Source: a candidate division WOR-3 bacterium (GTDB lineage: Bacteria; Hydrothermota; Hydrothermia; LBFQ01). Taken from it: 64,000 bases of DNA. Shown here in pieces: positions 1-10,253 of this stretch. Within the stretch, counting starts at the first letter, position 1. Each line of letters starts with the position of its first letter. The notes beneath the pieces are model-generated. The model saw only the letters and a program-made list of their open reading frames with translations. It was not told where the DNA came from and ran no database searches. The DNA is taken from the NCBI GenBank assembly GCA_027050205.1, contig JALUCS010000083.1, positions 32,001 to 96,000 of the forward strand, written 5' to 3'. The position numbers and the translations under genes are program-made.

Positions 1-1
1 C

Positions 2-463
2 CTTATGTGGTACGAGAACCTCGGAGGCCGGGCGTGGGAGGAGCATCCCATAGACTTCGGGGGGAACAGTTGCTCCAGCGACTACCCCTACCCTTACGGG
101 GTGCGTGTGGGCCTCCTTGACGAGACTACGGACACCGGGAGGGCGGACATCGTGATCGTCTACGGTGCGAGCAACTCCATCTACGCGTACTACAACGTAA
201 CCCCCTCCATCAGCTGTTCCCCTCTGGCCTACGAAGGGGACCTTACGGTATCCGAGTTGGACGATGGGGAGTGGTTGGCCGTGGTACCTGTGCCGAAGGG
301 GATACGGATAACAGCCCGGAGGGCCTCAAAGGTCGCCGTCTTTAGGGCTGACGGCTCCTCCCTCTTCCAAGGGACGGTTGAGGGGACGGAGTACCTACGC
401 CTACCTCCCGGCGCGTACTTCGTAAGGGCGGAGGGCCGGACCTACCGGGTGGTGGTGAGGTAG
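2..463 (+). CDS. C-terminal part of a secreted FG-GAP/VCBS-type protein with T9SS-like C-terminal domain (5' end outside the window)
   Basis: Frame is open from the window edge. WYEN.GG.W..H.ID repeat resembles the protein at 57521-59299. Tail is VFRADGS...LPPGAYFVRAEGRTYRVVVR. Confidence 0.7.
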   Translation, partial: LMWYENLGGRAWEEHPIDFGGNSCSSDYPYPYGVRVGLLDETTDTGRADIVIVYGASNSIYAYYNVTPSISCSPLAYEGDLTVSELDDGEWLAVVPVPKGIRITARRASKVAVFRADGSSLFQGTVEGTEYLRLPPGAYFVRAEGRTYRVVVR

Positions 464-470
464 ACCGCCC

Positions 471-1964
471 TCATCGGACGAGGACCTTTCCGACCTTCCC
501 GCCCTTAACGACGAAGTATATGCCCCTCCCCATCCTCTCCACCCTCCTGCCAGCGACATCATAGACGGTGCCGTCCTCCGGAACGGACGGGCCGGGACGG
601 GAGGCTACGGAGGAGGGGAGGTCGTTCAGGAAGATGAAGTTCCCGCGGCTGTCCTCCCAGTTGCTCACCGTTATATCGGCGTAGGGGGTGTATGTGTAGG
701 AGACTACCAACGCAGAGGAGGGGCCAACGGAGTCGGAGGGGACGGACAGATACCCGCTTTCGTACAGTAGGACGTAGGGGACGGGACGACCGTCAAGCCT
801 TACGGAGTTTATGGATACCACCGGGGAGTGGGACAACCTCACTACATTCCGGGGAGGGGAGAGGGTGAAGGTGTCCGAGATGGGGACCGCAGCGTTCAGG
901 TCTATGTCCCCCAGGACGATGTTTTCGGCAACTAAGTCGTAATAGGGGGTGGGCTGCCAGTACCATACGGGGGAGGAGGAGAAGGTACCGCCAAGGTTTT
1001 CAAAGAGGACGAGGGGGTCCCACCATCCCCCTCCTACGAGGTCCGGGTCTCCGTCCCCATCCACGTCCCCCAAGGCCACGGCCGAGTGGTACCTACCCGG
1101 ATCGTAGGCCACCCACGAGGGGGAGGTCTCAAGCGTCCCGCCGACGTTCAGGTAAAGCTCAAACCGGCTCCGGGCGGTGTCCATTTGGAAGGTGTTGGCG
1201 ACGACGACGTCCACCCATCCGTCCCCGTTCACGTCCCCTACGGCTATACGGTTGGCAAAGCCGAGGCTGTCGCTCTCCCAGACGGGTACCGTATCCAAGT
1301 AGCCGCCGAGGTTGAGGTAGAGGCGGTGCCTTCCAGGGGAGAGGCCGAGGAAGAGGTCCAGGTCCCCGTCGTTATCCACGTCAAGGAAGGCCGCCCCAAG
1401 GGAGTAGATGGAGTCCGGGGTCTGCCAGACCGGTCCGACGAGGGTGGAACCGTCCGATACGTAAAGCTGGGCAGGTTGGGGGTCGGAGGAGTAATCGTTC
1501 CCACAGGAGAAGAGGAAGTCGGCGAGACCGTCCCCGTTTACGTCCCCGCTGGCCACACCGAAACACCTACCGCTGTCCGACGTCCAGACCGGTAGGGGCA
1601 GGAAGGTGCCTCCATCGTTAAGGTAGAGGGCGTTCACCTCCATGTTCCATCCTGCACCGTACCCGCTGAATCCGGCCACAGCGAGGTCCATATCCCCGTC
1701 CCCATCTACATCGCCGAGGGAGAGGTGACCATGGTACCGGGCGACGGAGGAGGACCAGGAGGGTGTGGTGAAGGGTAGAGGGGACGCACCGAGATAGACC
1801 TCAACGCTCTCGCGAGCCATATCGTTGCCGTTGGAGACTACCAAGTCCGGATAACCGTCCCCGTTTACGTCCCAGACGGCCAGACCCGTAGAGTAATCCC
1901 CCGACTCGGACTCCCACGAAGGAGCGGAAGGGAAACCGCCAAACAGTATAACGAAGACAGTCAT
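471..1964 (-). CDS. Secreted FG-GAP/VCBS repeat (integrin-like beta-propeller) protein with short T9SS-like tail
   Basis: About seven D(V/I)(N/D)GDG.xDL repeats. Tail is VYDVAGRRV...GIYFV...KVLVR. Start moved to ATG 1964 (MTVFVILFGG), 7 nt after a TAGAAT box. Confidence 0.85.
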   Translation of the reverse strand: MTVFVILFGGFPSAPSWESESGDYSTGLAVWDVNGDGYPDLVVSNGNDMARESVEVYLGASPLPFTTPSWSSSVARYHGHLSLGDVDGDGDMDLAVAGFSGYGAGWNMEVNALYLNDGGTFLPLPVWTSDSGRCFGVASGDVNGDGLADFLFSCGNDYSSDPQPAQLYVSDGSTLVGPVWQTPDSIYSLGAAFLDVDNDGDLDLFLGLSPGRHRLYLNLGGYLDTVPVWESDSLGFANRIAVGDVNGDGWVDVVVANTFQMDTARSRFELYLNVGGTLETSPSWVAYDPGRYHSAVALGDVDGDGDPDLVGGGWWDPLVLFENLGGTFSSSPVWYWQPTPYYDLVAENIVLGDIDLNAAVPISDTFTLSPPRNVVRLSHSPVVSINSVRLDGRPVPYVLLYESGYLSVPSDSVGPSSALVVSYTYTPYADITVSNWEDSRGNFIFLNDLPSSVASRPGPSVPEDGTVYDVAGRRVERMGRGIYFVVKGGKVGKVLVR

Positions 1965-2657
1965 CGCCAAGATTCTAAGGGGAGAAGACGGGCGGGAAAC
2001 TTTGGTATTCAACGGATGGAACAAGGCACCCTCCGAAGAGCCACCCCACATCACCGGTGCCAGGAGCTGAAGCCGGGTTACCGATTTTCTGTAGTCCAAT
2101 TGCGATTGCGTTCTATCGGTGTAATACCCGGATTTTAAACCCTTGGAGGAGGGATGCCGTACCCGATTTGGAATGCACCACAGGGCCAAGCGTTGTAATA
2201 CTTGTCCTATCACCGAAAAACTACGTATTTTTACAAGTTTATGACTTAATATGGCAAAATTTTACTCAAAAATTGATGTATATTGTCGTTTGATGACGAC
2301 ATCAAAATTCACAGCAGGGATTACGACCGAACCCTTCACCACTTCGGAAAGAGCAGGGTGCGGACGGTGGGCTACCCTCATCAGCGAAATACCGAAACTT
2401 CCCATCGCCCGCAATTTGGCGCCGCATCGGCCATCCCCAAACCTTTGCCGGTGTCCCGTATTTCCCTTTTCGTTCTCCGAATACCATCCCCCGGAGTTCG
2501 GGACTTTCGGTCATAGTCTCCGCGTGAAACGGTGGGAAGTTTGAGCTTTAAGGTCTGGATGCGGTATAAATCGGTAAATTTTAACTGTGATGCAAAATTA
2601 GACGAATTTTGGAACTTTTGGCCTTTCCCCTCCGTAGCCGCCTTAAAGTCCGTCCTC

Positions 2658-3509
2658 ATGATGAGAAGGCTGACGATTTTCCTGATGGTAGGGATGGTAG
2701 GGGTTGCCGGTTGTAGGAAGGAGACCCCTAAGGAGACGCCGTCCCCTCCCCCGGAGGATACCCTGTCCGTCCCGACGGCTTTTGTGAAGGCCGTAAGCCT
2801 TTACCTGCTTGACCCTTACGGTGAGTCCAGCTCACACACCGTAGACGTAATAGGTATCAACTCCAACCACGTCCCCAATATAGTCATAAACGGATACACG
2901 ATCCCAAGTGACCGCATAACTTCTGGCTTAGGTGAGTACCACGCCTGGGATACCCTGCCAATGGCGTCGCCTCTGACGGACGTATCCCTGAACGTGGCCT
3001 ACTACGACCTCAACGACGAGCGGAAGGAGACCACTTCACAGGTACATCTTCCTCCGGAGCCTCATGGAATGGCTCTAAGCATTACCGGTAGTGATGTGAG
3101 CGTATCCTGGAACAAACCCGACAGTAGTACCACCCACTTCATCTACATAGGCCTCTACGCTTCCTGTACAGATGGATACGACCATCAGAACGCCTTCGTT
3201 GATACCGTAATAACGGATATAGGGAACACCACATCGGTATCCCGTTCCCTCCCCAGCATCTGCGACGAGATAGACTCCATCGCCGCCGCCTACGTTTACG
3301 CTACCGTCTTCAACATGCAAGGCCCTTGGAGCGGCGATAGGGACAACGTTGAGGGGGCCAAGGGTCAGTACTACGGAGGTGCCGGAAAGGCCGATACCGC
3401 GAGCTACCACTCCTCCTACCTCAAGGTGAGCCAAACCTTCACCGCTCCCAGGGTGGACTGGGGTAGGAGGATCCTCAAGGCCCTCGGTAGGTACGGAGGC
3501 GAAAGGTAA
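2658..3509 (+). CDS. Lipoprotein of unknown function, paralog of 3724-4545
   Basis: Lipobox MMRRLTIFLMVGMVGVAG-C. Start moved to ATG 2658 behind TAAAGT. Collinear similarity to the next gene. Confidence 0.8.
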   Translation: MMRRLTIFLMVGMVGVAGCRKETPKETPSPPPEDTLSVPTAFVKAVSLYLLDPYGESSSHTVDVIGINSNHVPNIVINGYTIPSDRITSGLGEYHAWDTLPMASPLTDVSLNVAYYDLNDERKETTSQVHLPPEPHGMALSITGSDVSVSWNKPDSSTTHFIYIGLYASCTDGYDHQNAFVDTVITDIGNTTSVSRSLPSICDEIDSIAAAYVYATVFNMQGPWSGDRDNVEGAKGQYYGGAGKADTASYHSSYLKVSQTFTAPRVDWGRRILKALGRYGGER

Positions 3510-3723
3510 GGCAGGCTTAAAACCCCAACGATCGCCACATAAAACACCGTATAACCGGGGAGATTCTTAGGAATTTCGGCGTTGAAGGATCCTCCAATGG
3601 ATTTTGTAAAATTATCGCACATTATCCGAATAAACTGAAAAATTTACCAAACAATATGAAACGCATATCCAATTTCGTCATCTTGATCCCACTACATCCC
3701 CGGCTACCTTAGAATCCGTTCTC

Positions 3724-4545
3724 ATGAGGAAGCTATCCATCTTTCTGGCGATTGCTGTAGTGGGGGTTGCTGGATGCAAGAAGGCTGCACCGACGACCTT
3801 CATAAAGGCGGGGAGCTTTTATCTGAACTATCCCGGAGGACAGTCCAGCATCCACGACGTCCATATAACCACCGTTAGCCCCAACTACCTTCCCACCATA
3901 ACTATAAACGGACGCACCGTCCAAAGGGACCGCATTGAGACAGGATGGGGCGAGTACTACGCCCAAGACACCCTGCCATCGGTGTCGCCGCAGACGGAGG
4001 TAGAGCTTAAGGTGACCTACTACAACCTCAACGACGAGCAGAAAGAGGCCTCCGCCAAGGTGAAGCTCCCTCCGGAGCCGCAGGGGATGGCCCTAAGCAC
4101 CAACGGTGGTGAGGTGAACGTATCCTGGAACAAGCCCGATAAGAAGAACACCGACTTCATCTACGTGAGTATAGACGCCGTATGCTCGGACGGGGTGATT
4201 TACCAGAGGGCCACCGTTGACACCATAATAGCCGACATAGAGAACGTCACGTCCGTGACTCGGTCCCTCGGTAGCATCTGCGACGAGATAGACCCTATCC
4301 TCACTGCTTGGGTCTTCGCCGCCGTCTTCAATATGCAAGGCCCTTGGAGCGGCGATAAGGACAACGTCAAGGGGGCCAAGGGCCAGTACTACGGAGGTGC
4401 CGGAAAGGCCGATACCGCGAGCTACGTATCCTCCTCCTCCCTCAAGAGCAGTTACTCCCCCTCCTTCCCCGATGCGGATTGGGGTAAGAGGATCCTCAAG
4501 GCCCTCGGTAAGTACGCGGACGAGGGCAACTGGATAGGGATGTAA
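3724..4545 (+). CDS. Lipoprotein of unknown function, tandem paralog
   Basis: Lipobox MRKLSIFLAIAVVGVAG-C. Shares the block FNMQGPWSGD.DNV.GAKGQYYGGAGKADTASY with the previous gene. Confidence 0.85.
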   Translation: MRKLSIFLAIAVVGVAGCKKAAPTTFIKAGSFYLNYPGGQSSIHDVHITTVSPNYLPTITINGRTVQRDRIETGWGEYYAQDTLPSVSPQTEVELKVTYYNLNDEQKEASAKVKLPPEPQGMALSTNGGEVNVSWNKPDKKNTDFIYVSIDAVCSDGVIYQRATVDTIIADIENVTSVTRSLGSICDEIDPILTAWVFAAVFNMQGPWSGDKDNVKGAKGQYYGGAGKADTASYVSSSSLKSSYSPSFPDADWGKRILKALGKYADEGNWIGM

Positions 4546-4554
4546 GGTTAGCAC

Positions 4555-4586
4555 GGGGGCCTGCCGTTAGGGTAGGCCCCCTCTTT
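4555..4586 (+). terminator. Probable intrinsic terminator after the lipoprotein pair
   Basis: GGGGGCCTGCC-GTTAG-GGTAGGCCCCC, an 11 bp stem with one G-U pair, followed by TCTTT. Confidence 0.55.
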
Positions 4587-4597
4587 AGAATGGCGGC

Positions 4598-5203
4598 TTG
4601 CTGAAAATATACATTTACTTTTCCTACAAGTACGTCTCCCTCATAAGCCGGGCGATAGGGTTGTACAGTTTCTACCACTGCGTCCTCGGCTCCTCCGTCC
4701 TTAAGTCCATTTTGATAACCCTACGGCACATCTTCAACGTACGGGAGAACGCCCACTTCAACAACGTATTCTCCCACGCCGGTATAATGGTGGAGCTTGA
4801 TGGGGTGGAGTACATAGTGGAATCCGACTACAGGCACGGCATAATAATCCGTAGGAGCGACCTCCACTTCACCGATGGCGCACGTGTCGTGAGGTTCCCC
4901 TACCACCTCCCCCTCAAGACCTTCACATCCCGATTCTTCCGGATAAAGGCGAGGGAGTTTGAATGCAGGTGGAGGAGAAAGCACCTCTTTGGGTTCATAG
5001 GATACTACTGGAAGGACATCCTGTCCTTCCTCCTCCCCTACGTAAGGACGAGGGAAACCGCCCTGATATGCTCCGAGTTCGTCTATAAGATGTTCCCCGA
5101 AATCTTCAGGGACCTTGAGAGGGGTTGCAAGGTGGTAAGTCCCAACGAACTTTACGCCCACCTCCGCGCCCGATTCGGCACACCAGAGGTGGTAAGGGAA
5201 TAG
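4598..5203 (+). CDS. Permuted papain-like NlpC/P60 (YiiX/YaeF-like) amidase/peptidase
   Basis: His motif FSHAGI lies before Cys motif LICSEFV; C-terminal SPNELY. Confidence 0.65.
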   Translation: MLKIYIYFSYKYVSLISRAIGLYSFYHCVLGSSVLKSILITLRHIFNVRENAHFNNVFSHAGIMVELDGVEYIVESDYRHGIIIRRSDLHFTDGARVVRFPYHLPLKTFTSRFFRIKAREFECRWRRKHLFGFIGYYWKDILSFLLPYVRTRETALICSEFVYKMFPEIFRDLERGCKVVSPNELYAHLRARFGTPEVVRE

Positions 5204-5827
5204 CTAGCCCCTGGCTAGGGTGGCCCCCACGACTTCACCGGCTCCGGCATCAAGGAGGGCGGAGGCGGCCTGATAGAAGGTGTTGCCCGTGGTTATGACG
5301 TCGTCCACGAGGACCACCTTCTCGCCGTTCAGCGTTTCCAGACAAGCGAAGGCCCCCTTTACGTTGGTAATCCTCTCCTCCGCCTTCAGGAGGGCCTGGG
5401 GCCTGGTGTATCTCCTGCGGTATATCACCCTCTTTACGGGTATCCCCAACTCCCTGCCTAAGGCCTCTGCTATTACCCTCGTCTGGCTGAAACCCCTCTC
5501 CCTGATACGAGCGGGGTGTAGGGGTAGGGGGACGATCGCGTCCGGAGCCTCAACCCTTAGGTACTCCGACAGGGCCTCGGCGAAGAGTTCGGCCAGTACC
5601 CTCATACCCCCGTACTTCATCCGCTCTATGGCCTCCCTGACCCTCCCCCTGTATCGGAAGAGGGAATAGACCTTAAAGCCGAAGTACTGCTTAGGCTCAA
5701 AGACCTGACTCCTTAGGAGTTCCCCCCAGCACACATCGCACACCTTACCGCTGGCCAACCTCCCCTCGCAGACGGGGCAGATGGGTGGAAAGAGGAAGTC
5801 CAAGACCTCCCGTAGGGGGAGCCTCAC
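5204..5827 (-). CDS. comF: ComF-family phosphoribosyltransferase-like protein
   Basis: N-terminal [24 protein letters not shown], and PRPP loop [12 protein letters not shown]. Confidence 0.9.
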   Translation of the reverse strand: MRLPLREVLDFLFPPICPVCEGRLASGKVCDVCWGELLRSQVFEPKQYFGFKVYSLFRYRGRVREAIERMKYGGMRVLAELFAEALSEYLRVEAPDAIVPLPLHPARIRERGFSQTRVIAEALGRELGIPVKRVIYRRRYTRPQALLKAEERITNVKGAFACLETLNGEKVVLVDDVITTGNTFYQAASALLDAGAGEVVGATLARG

Positions 5828-6207
5828 TCCTCCTTGCTCCTCTCAACCTTTACGACGGTATGTACGTTTCCCCTTGGGTTCCAGTCCCCTATGACGATGA
5901 GCTTCCGGGGTTTGAGTAGGTTCCACAGGGCGTCAAAGACCTCGTTGGTGGCCGCCTCGTGGGAGATGTACCGGTTCCGGAACTTGTTCAGCCAGAGCTT
6001 TAGGGACTTCAGCTCCACGATGTACTTATCGGGGATGTACTTGATATAAAAGGTGGCGAAGTCGGGATAGCCGGACCTCGGACACAGGCAGGTGAACTCC
6101 GGGAAGGTTATCTCCACCCAGTAGTCCCTGTCGGGATAGGGGTTCTCCCACGCCTCCAGCTCGGCCTGTTCTATGGCTATCTCACCGTACTTCTTCTCCC
6201 CCTCCAT
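5824..6207 (-). CDS. queF: NADPH-dependent 7-cyano-7-deazaguanine (preQ0) reductase
   Basis: [27 protein letters not shown] and PRGN motifs. Start at ATG 6207. Confidence 0.95.
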   Translation of the reverse strand: MEGEKKYGEIAIEQAELEAWENPYPDRDYWVEITFPEFTCLCPRSGYPDFATFYIKYIPDKYIVELKSLKLWLNKFRNRYISHEAATNEVFDALWNLLKPRKLIVIGDWNPRGNVHTVVKVERSKEE

Positions 6208-6218
6208 CGTACGGAATT

Positions 6219-6944
6219 CTACGGGCGGTTCATAAGATAGACAACTAACCCCACGAGCAGTAGACCGCCTACGACGACAAAAATACTCAAGATTAACCCA
6301 AACATAAAGTACCATCTAAGATTAGTGAGGTATCCGACCACGTAGTCGGCGTTGGTCTCGTTTATCTCCCCCTCTATCTTCTCCCTGAACGATGCGGCCC
6401 TCCAGAGGAAAAAGATCATAGGTGCGAGGAGGATGAGGGTTATAACGGAGCCGAGCGGTTTCCCGGTCATTAGGGTGTTGAGGACGTTAAGAATCGCGAG
6501 TATCCTCATCATATTTGCCGCGTTGGACCTCTTAAGGGCGACCGCCCCAACCCCTCCTATAGGGGTTGTGAAAAGCGATATCACAGGGATTGCAAACCTA
6601 ACTGCCTCAAAGGCCGTCAGAAGAGTGAAGAACCTGTCCAGATGGGTGATAGCCCCGACTAAGGCGGGTAGGGAGGTATGGCTCTCATCTAAGTAGTTCG
6701 CAGCCTTCCAGAGTATCCTGTAGGTATAGATAATAAACGCCCCAGCAGCAAGCACGATCATGGGAATCACATAAGCGGGTATCCCGAAGAACCTAGTCGC
6801 GGAAGTGAGGGTCATCGGGAGCCAGACCAGGCCTCCGGCAACCAACAGGACACCTGCGGCTATCCCAACGAAGGTGTTGGCCTTCATCCATACCGTCGCA
6901 CCCTTTGCGGCCCTTGCTACGCTCTCGGGAACTTTCTCAATCAT
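6219..6944 (-). CDS. Membrane protein with two DUF5362-like halves
   Basis: Repeated pattern: TM-TM-LW(K/R)AA...(I/L)T(H/N)L..(F/Y)F-TM. Start at ATG 6944 after TATAAT. Confidence 0.6.
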   Translation of the reverse strand: MIEKVPESVARAAKGATVWMKANTFVGIAAGVLLVAGGLVWLPMTLTSATRFFGIPAYVIPMIVLAAGAFIIYTYRILWKAANYLDESHTSLPALVGAITHLDRFFTLLTAFEAVRFAIPVISLFTTPIGGVGAVALKRSNAANMMRILAILNVLNTLMTGKPLGSVITLILLAPMIFFLWRAASFREKIEGEINETNADYVVGYLTNLRWYFMFGLILSIFVVVGGLLLVGLVVYLMNRP

Positions 6945-7129
6945 AACGACGATATTATAAACCACCGACGTATTGACCTGCAAGTGGGTCGCTTCCAATT
7001 TTAACTCCGGGAGTGGGTCAAAGCAATGCCTCTCTACTAGAAATGTCTGGGGAGGGAAATAACCATAGAATTGTCATACTTTTATGCTGTAGGCGGCAGA
7101 CCTTTCCTAAGTTCCGTCTGTAAATCTCC

Positions 7130-7912
7130 TTACCAGCAGATGCCGAAGTCCGCCTTGCCGACGTCCTCCTTCAGGTTGTTTAGCGGTATAACCACCACCC
7201 CCCTTTCACCGGTCATACGCTCTACCCTGTTGGGTATTCCCAGGCGGTTATACACGTGGCCAGAGCCTACGAGGACGACTACCCTACGGCTGGGTTCCCT
7301 CTTGAGGTACTTTGCTATGGCGTAGGCCATACCCTCGTCCCAGATTATCATCGCCTTGAGGAAGGTGTTGAGGGTCTTTTCGTCAAAGTGGGCGTGGCCT
7401 CCCATCATACTCTTGAACTGGGCGATGTACGCGCTGTCAGGTTCCTGGAGGTCCGGAGGGAGGAGAGGGGTCTTTCGCATACGCTCGTAGGACATCCTCT
7501 TGGCCTTCTTGCGGAAGTTATCGGGGACGTTTATGGCCAGCATGGGTACTTTGTGTTTTCTGGCGAAGAGCCACGTTTTGCGGTAGAGGCCTATGTCGTA
7601 CTTCCAGGTCTCGTGCCATCGGGCTTTGTAGAGCATTACCACCTCGTGTATCTTGCCCTCCACGTACTCGTCCAGATACGGTTGGGCCGGCTGCTGGAAC
7701 ATTTCGTAGGCTATGGTGAGGTTGCTGTCCCTCTCGTAGAGCGACCTTATGACCTCCATCTGGAAGTCGTGGACCTCCTTGCTGGTATGGACCTCTCCGA
7801 GGTATACGACCCTCGCTTTGGTATCTATTATGCGGTTTATTAAGGTGTCAAGGGGCACTCTCTCCCCGCTTTTGAGGTCGTACAGGCAGGAAGCAACGAG
7901 CGTTAGGAGCAT
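7130..7912 (-). CDS. ChaN-like (EreA/ChaN fold) haem/iron-uptake family protein
   Basis: VVYLGEVH, YEMF...QPYLDEY, WDEGMA and VGSGH motifs. Start at ATG 7912 (MLLTLVASC). Confidence 0.85.
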   Translation of the reverse strand: MLLTLVASCLYDLKSGERVPLDTLINRIIDTKARVVYLGEVHTSKEVHDFQMEVIRSLYERDSNLTIAYEMFQQPAQPYLDEYVEGKIHEVVMLYKARWHETWKYDIGLYRKTWLFARKHKVPMLAINVPDNFRKKAKRMSYERMRKTPLLPPDLQEPDSAYIAQFKSMMGGHAHFDEKTLNTFLKAMIIWDEGMAYAIAKYLKREPSRRVVVLVGSGHVYNRLGIPNRVERMTGERGVVVIPLNNLKEDVGKADFGICW

Positions 7913-7920
7913 AGACGGGA

Positions 7921-8574
7921 TTATACGAGGGTCGGGTAGAACAGGAGGAGGGCCAGGAGGGAGGCCCAGAGGGCAAGGACGAGGTTCTCCCACTTTACGA
8001 GGAACATCTCAACTATACCCACGGCCGCACCTAACAGGAGGAAATCAAGGGGAGCGTCAAGGACCAGACCCACCACACCCCCCCATACCACAAAAGCGAG
8101 GAACCCCGTCAGGGTCTTGCCGTTCAGTACCTTAGGGCCACCGATGGACTTGCCGGTGAGGGAGGCCAAGGCGTCCCCCGGAACGGAGATGGCCAAACCG
8201 AGGAGGGCGTATTTCCCAAAGAGGGATACGGATAGAGCCACACCTAAGGTCATAAAGGTGGCGTCGCTAATCTCCCGCCTTTCCCTGTCCTTTATGAACC
8301 TCCCCGTTATACCCTCAAGGAGGTCGTAGAGGCGGGCGTACTCCGGCAAAAGGACACGAAAGTAATCAAGGGCAGCGACGTAGAGGACGGAGGCCCAAGT
8401 GAAGAGGGGGTCGGAGAGGAGGTAGAGGAGGAGGGCGTAGGCGTAGGAGGAGAGGTGGAAGGTCTTGCGGAAAAGCTCCCCTTCTAAGGCTTGAAGCCAA
8501 CGAGGTAGGTAACGAGGCTGTCCGAGGCGGTTATGGCGACGTTCTTTACCGGTCCTATGCCGCTCTTCCACCAT
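7921..8574 (-). CDS. Dolichol/phytol kinase-like CTP-dependent membrane kinase
   Basis: ELFRKTFHL and GDALASLTGK...KTLTG motifs. Start is uncertain; the ATG gives a 91 nt overlap with the upstream gene. Confidence 0.75.
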   Translation of the reverse strand: MVEERHRTGKERRHNRLGQPRYLPRWLQALEGELFRKTFHLSSYAYALLLYLLSDPLFTWASVLYVAALDYFRVLLPEYARLYDLLEGITGRFIKDRERREISDATFMTLGVALSVSLFGKYALLGLAISVPGDALASLTGKSIGGPKVLNGKTLTGFLAFVVWGGVVGLVLDAPLDFLLLGAAVGIVEMFLVKWENLVLALWASLLALLLFYPTLV

Positions 8575-9242
8575 ATCTTGAGGAGGGTTATCTCTATGCC
8601 GAGGTTACAGACGCCTCCCTTGATGAAGTAGTCCACCCGCATGGACTTCTTGTACTCTTTCTTCCCCTTGAACCTCTCGGTGGAGGGGCTGTAGGTTATG
8701 TCCTCGTACCCTCTTGCCCTCGCCCATATGTCCAAAGTTAGGGAGCAGGTGTCGGAGCCGATTATTATCTTCCCGCGGCTTCTCGTCATGAGCCATTCAA
8801 GGCCCGGCCTGACGTACAGGGGGAGCCATCTGACCAGGACGCTGTCCTCATCGTAGATGAGGTAGATGGTCCTGCTACCGTAGGGTACGCTGTCGGGGAA
8901 GAGACCTTCGGTGGGGAGCCACTCCTTTATGAAGGAGTTGTGGAAGAACACGGTGTTGGTGTCCTCAACGAGGCCGGCGTAGGAGCTTTCGTGCCGTTTA
9001 TACACCCGCCAAGCTTTGACCTCACTTTTACCGGTCTTCTCTGCTACGGTTACGGTGGTCTCCCGGAGTACGACTATGGAGTCTAAGGGGATGGGGAGGG
9101 TGTCCGGATAGTCCGGTGGCACATCCTCTTCGTAGTACCAAACCACCCCCTCCCCAATGGGATAGACAAAGAAGACGTCCGGCAACCCCCTGTACCTACA
9201 ACCCAAGATGAGAAGTAAAGGTAGGAGGACCCACCTCTTCAT
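8484..9242 (-). CDS. Lipoprotein of unknown function
   Basis: MKRWVLLPLLLILG-C lipobox; C-terminal WWKSGIGPVK motif. Confidence 0.75.
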   Translation of the reverse strand: MKRWVLLPLLLILGCRYRGLPDVFFVYPIGEGVVWYYEEDVPPDYPDTLPIPLDSIVVLRETTVTVAEKTGKSEVKAWRVYKRHESSYAGLVEDTNTVFFHNSFIKEWLPTEGLFPDSVPYGSRTIYLIYDEDSVLVRWLPLYVRPGLEWLMTRSRGKIIIGSDTCSLTLDIWARARGYEDITYSPSTERFKGKKEYKKSMRVDYFIKGGVCNLGIEITLLKIWWKSGIGPVKNVAITASDSLVTYLVGFKP

Positions 9243-9247
9243 GGTTT

Positions 9248-9733
9248 TCAGTGATGGTGTCCACCTTCACCGTGGGCGTGTCCGTGTTCCAACTCCTCCG
9301 GCGTGGCGTCCCGGATGTTGAGGATCTCTATCTCAAAGGTCAGGTCCCTCCCCGCCAAGGGGTGGTTCATATCAACTATCACCTCGTCGTCCCCCGCGTG
9401 AAGGACGACCATGTTTATGGGACCTTCGGGGGTATCGGCCTCCAAGACCATACCTCTCCGCAGCTCTATATCCCCGAACAGGTGGCGCGGTAGCACCTGA
9501 ACGAGGTCGTCGTTCCTAAGGCCGTAGGCCTCTTCGGCCTTTAGGTCTATGTCCTTGCTCTCTCCCACCTCCATTCCCATCATCCTCTCCTCAAGGGCGG
9601 GTATTATCTGCTGGCCACCTACGAGGATGGTCAGAGGCTCTCCGTGTTCCTTGCTGCTCTGAATGACCTCCCCCGTCTCCTTGTCCTTGAGGACGTAGTG
9701 GAAGGTCACCACTTTACCCTTTTCTACCTTCAT
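9248..9733 (-). CDS. slyD: FKBP-type peptidyl-prolyl isomerase SlyD
   Basis: VDMNHPLAGRDLTFEIE motif and His-rich tail HGHAHGEGGHHH. Confidence 0.95.
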   Translation of the reverse strand: MKVEKGKVVTFHYVLKDKETGEVIQSSKEHGEPLTILVGGQQIIPALEERMMGMEVGESKDIDLKAEEAYGLRNDDLVQVLPRHLFGDIELRRGMVLEADTPEGPINMVVLHAGDDEVIVDMNHPLAGRDLTFEIEILNIRDATPEELEHGHAHGEGGHHH

Positions 9734-10253
9734 GAGTGCCGTATTATACGGGATGAATGTGTGTATGCTAACCTTCCTCCCGTGTTATAGGGGAACTGTG
9801 CCTTCGCGTGAAAATCTGCGATTTGGAACGTATGGGTTTTACAATTTATGTGCGATAACTATTGGGTATGTTTTACTAATGGGAGGATAGCCTACTACCC
9901 AACCTTACGGGAATCTTTAAAGGACATAAGTCCATCCTTCCAGAAGGGAGTAATTGAAGGATTACATCGTACGATCCGACGGCGGTATTAACGCCGATGG
10001 AATGACGCCCCATCCATCAGTTTTGGAAGCCGGAAGTTGCATTTCAATCCGTTGATCCTTAGAGTACCGGGTAATTTCTGTAGTTCTATCTATAACCGAT
10101 AATTGTGAAACATATTCTTGCAAATGGCTTCTGAAAAGCTCACTTCAAGGTAGAGGCGATATCCAACAATTTTCTATTTCTGTATATACGGAATAAGTGC
10201 TTTATTAGCACGTTTCGTTCTTTCATCCTTTAACCTCCGTAGAATGTTCAACG

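Noticed and set aside
1965..2657. Short overlapping ORFs, and long N-terminal extensions of 471-2213 and 2532-3509 in the ORF track
   Set aside because: No motifs and atypical composition. The -10 boxes and signal sequences place the true starts at 1964 and 2658.
8484..8574. Programmed frameshift or fusion between the lipoprotein and the kinase (91 nt overlap)
   Set aside because: No slippery sequence seen; an in-frame ATG exists, so an uncertain start is the simpler reading.
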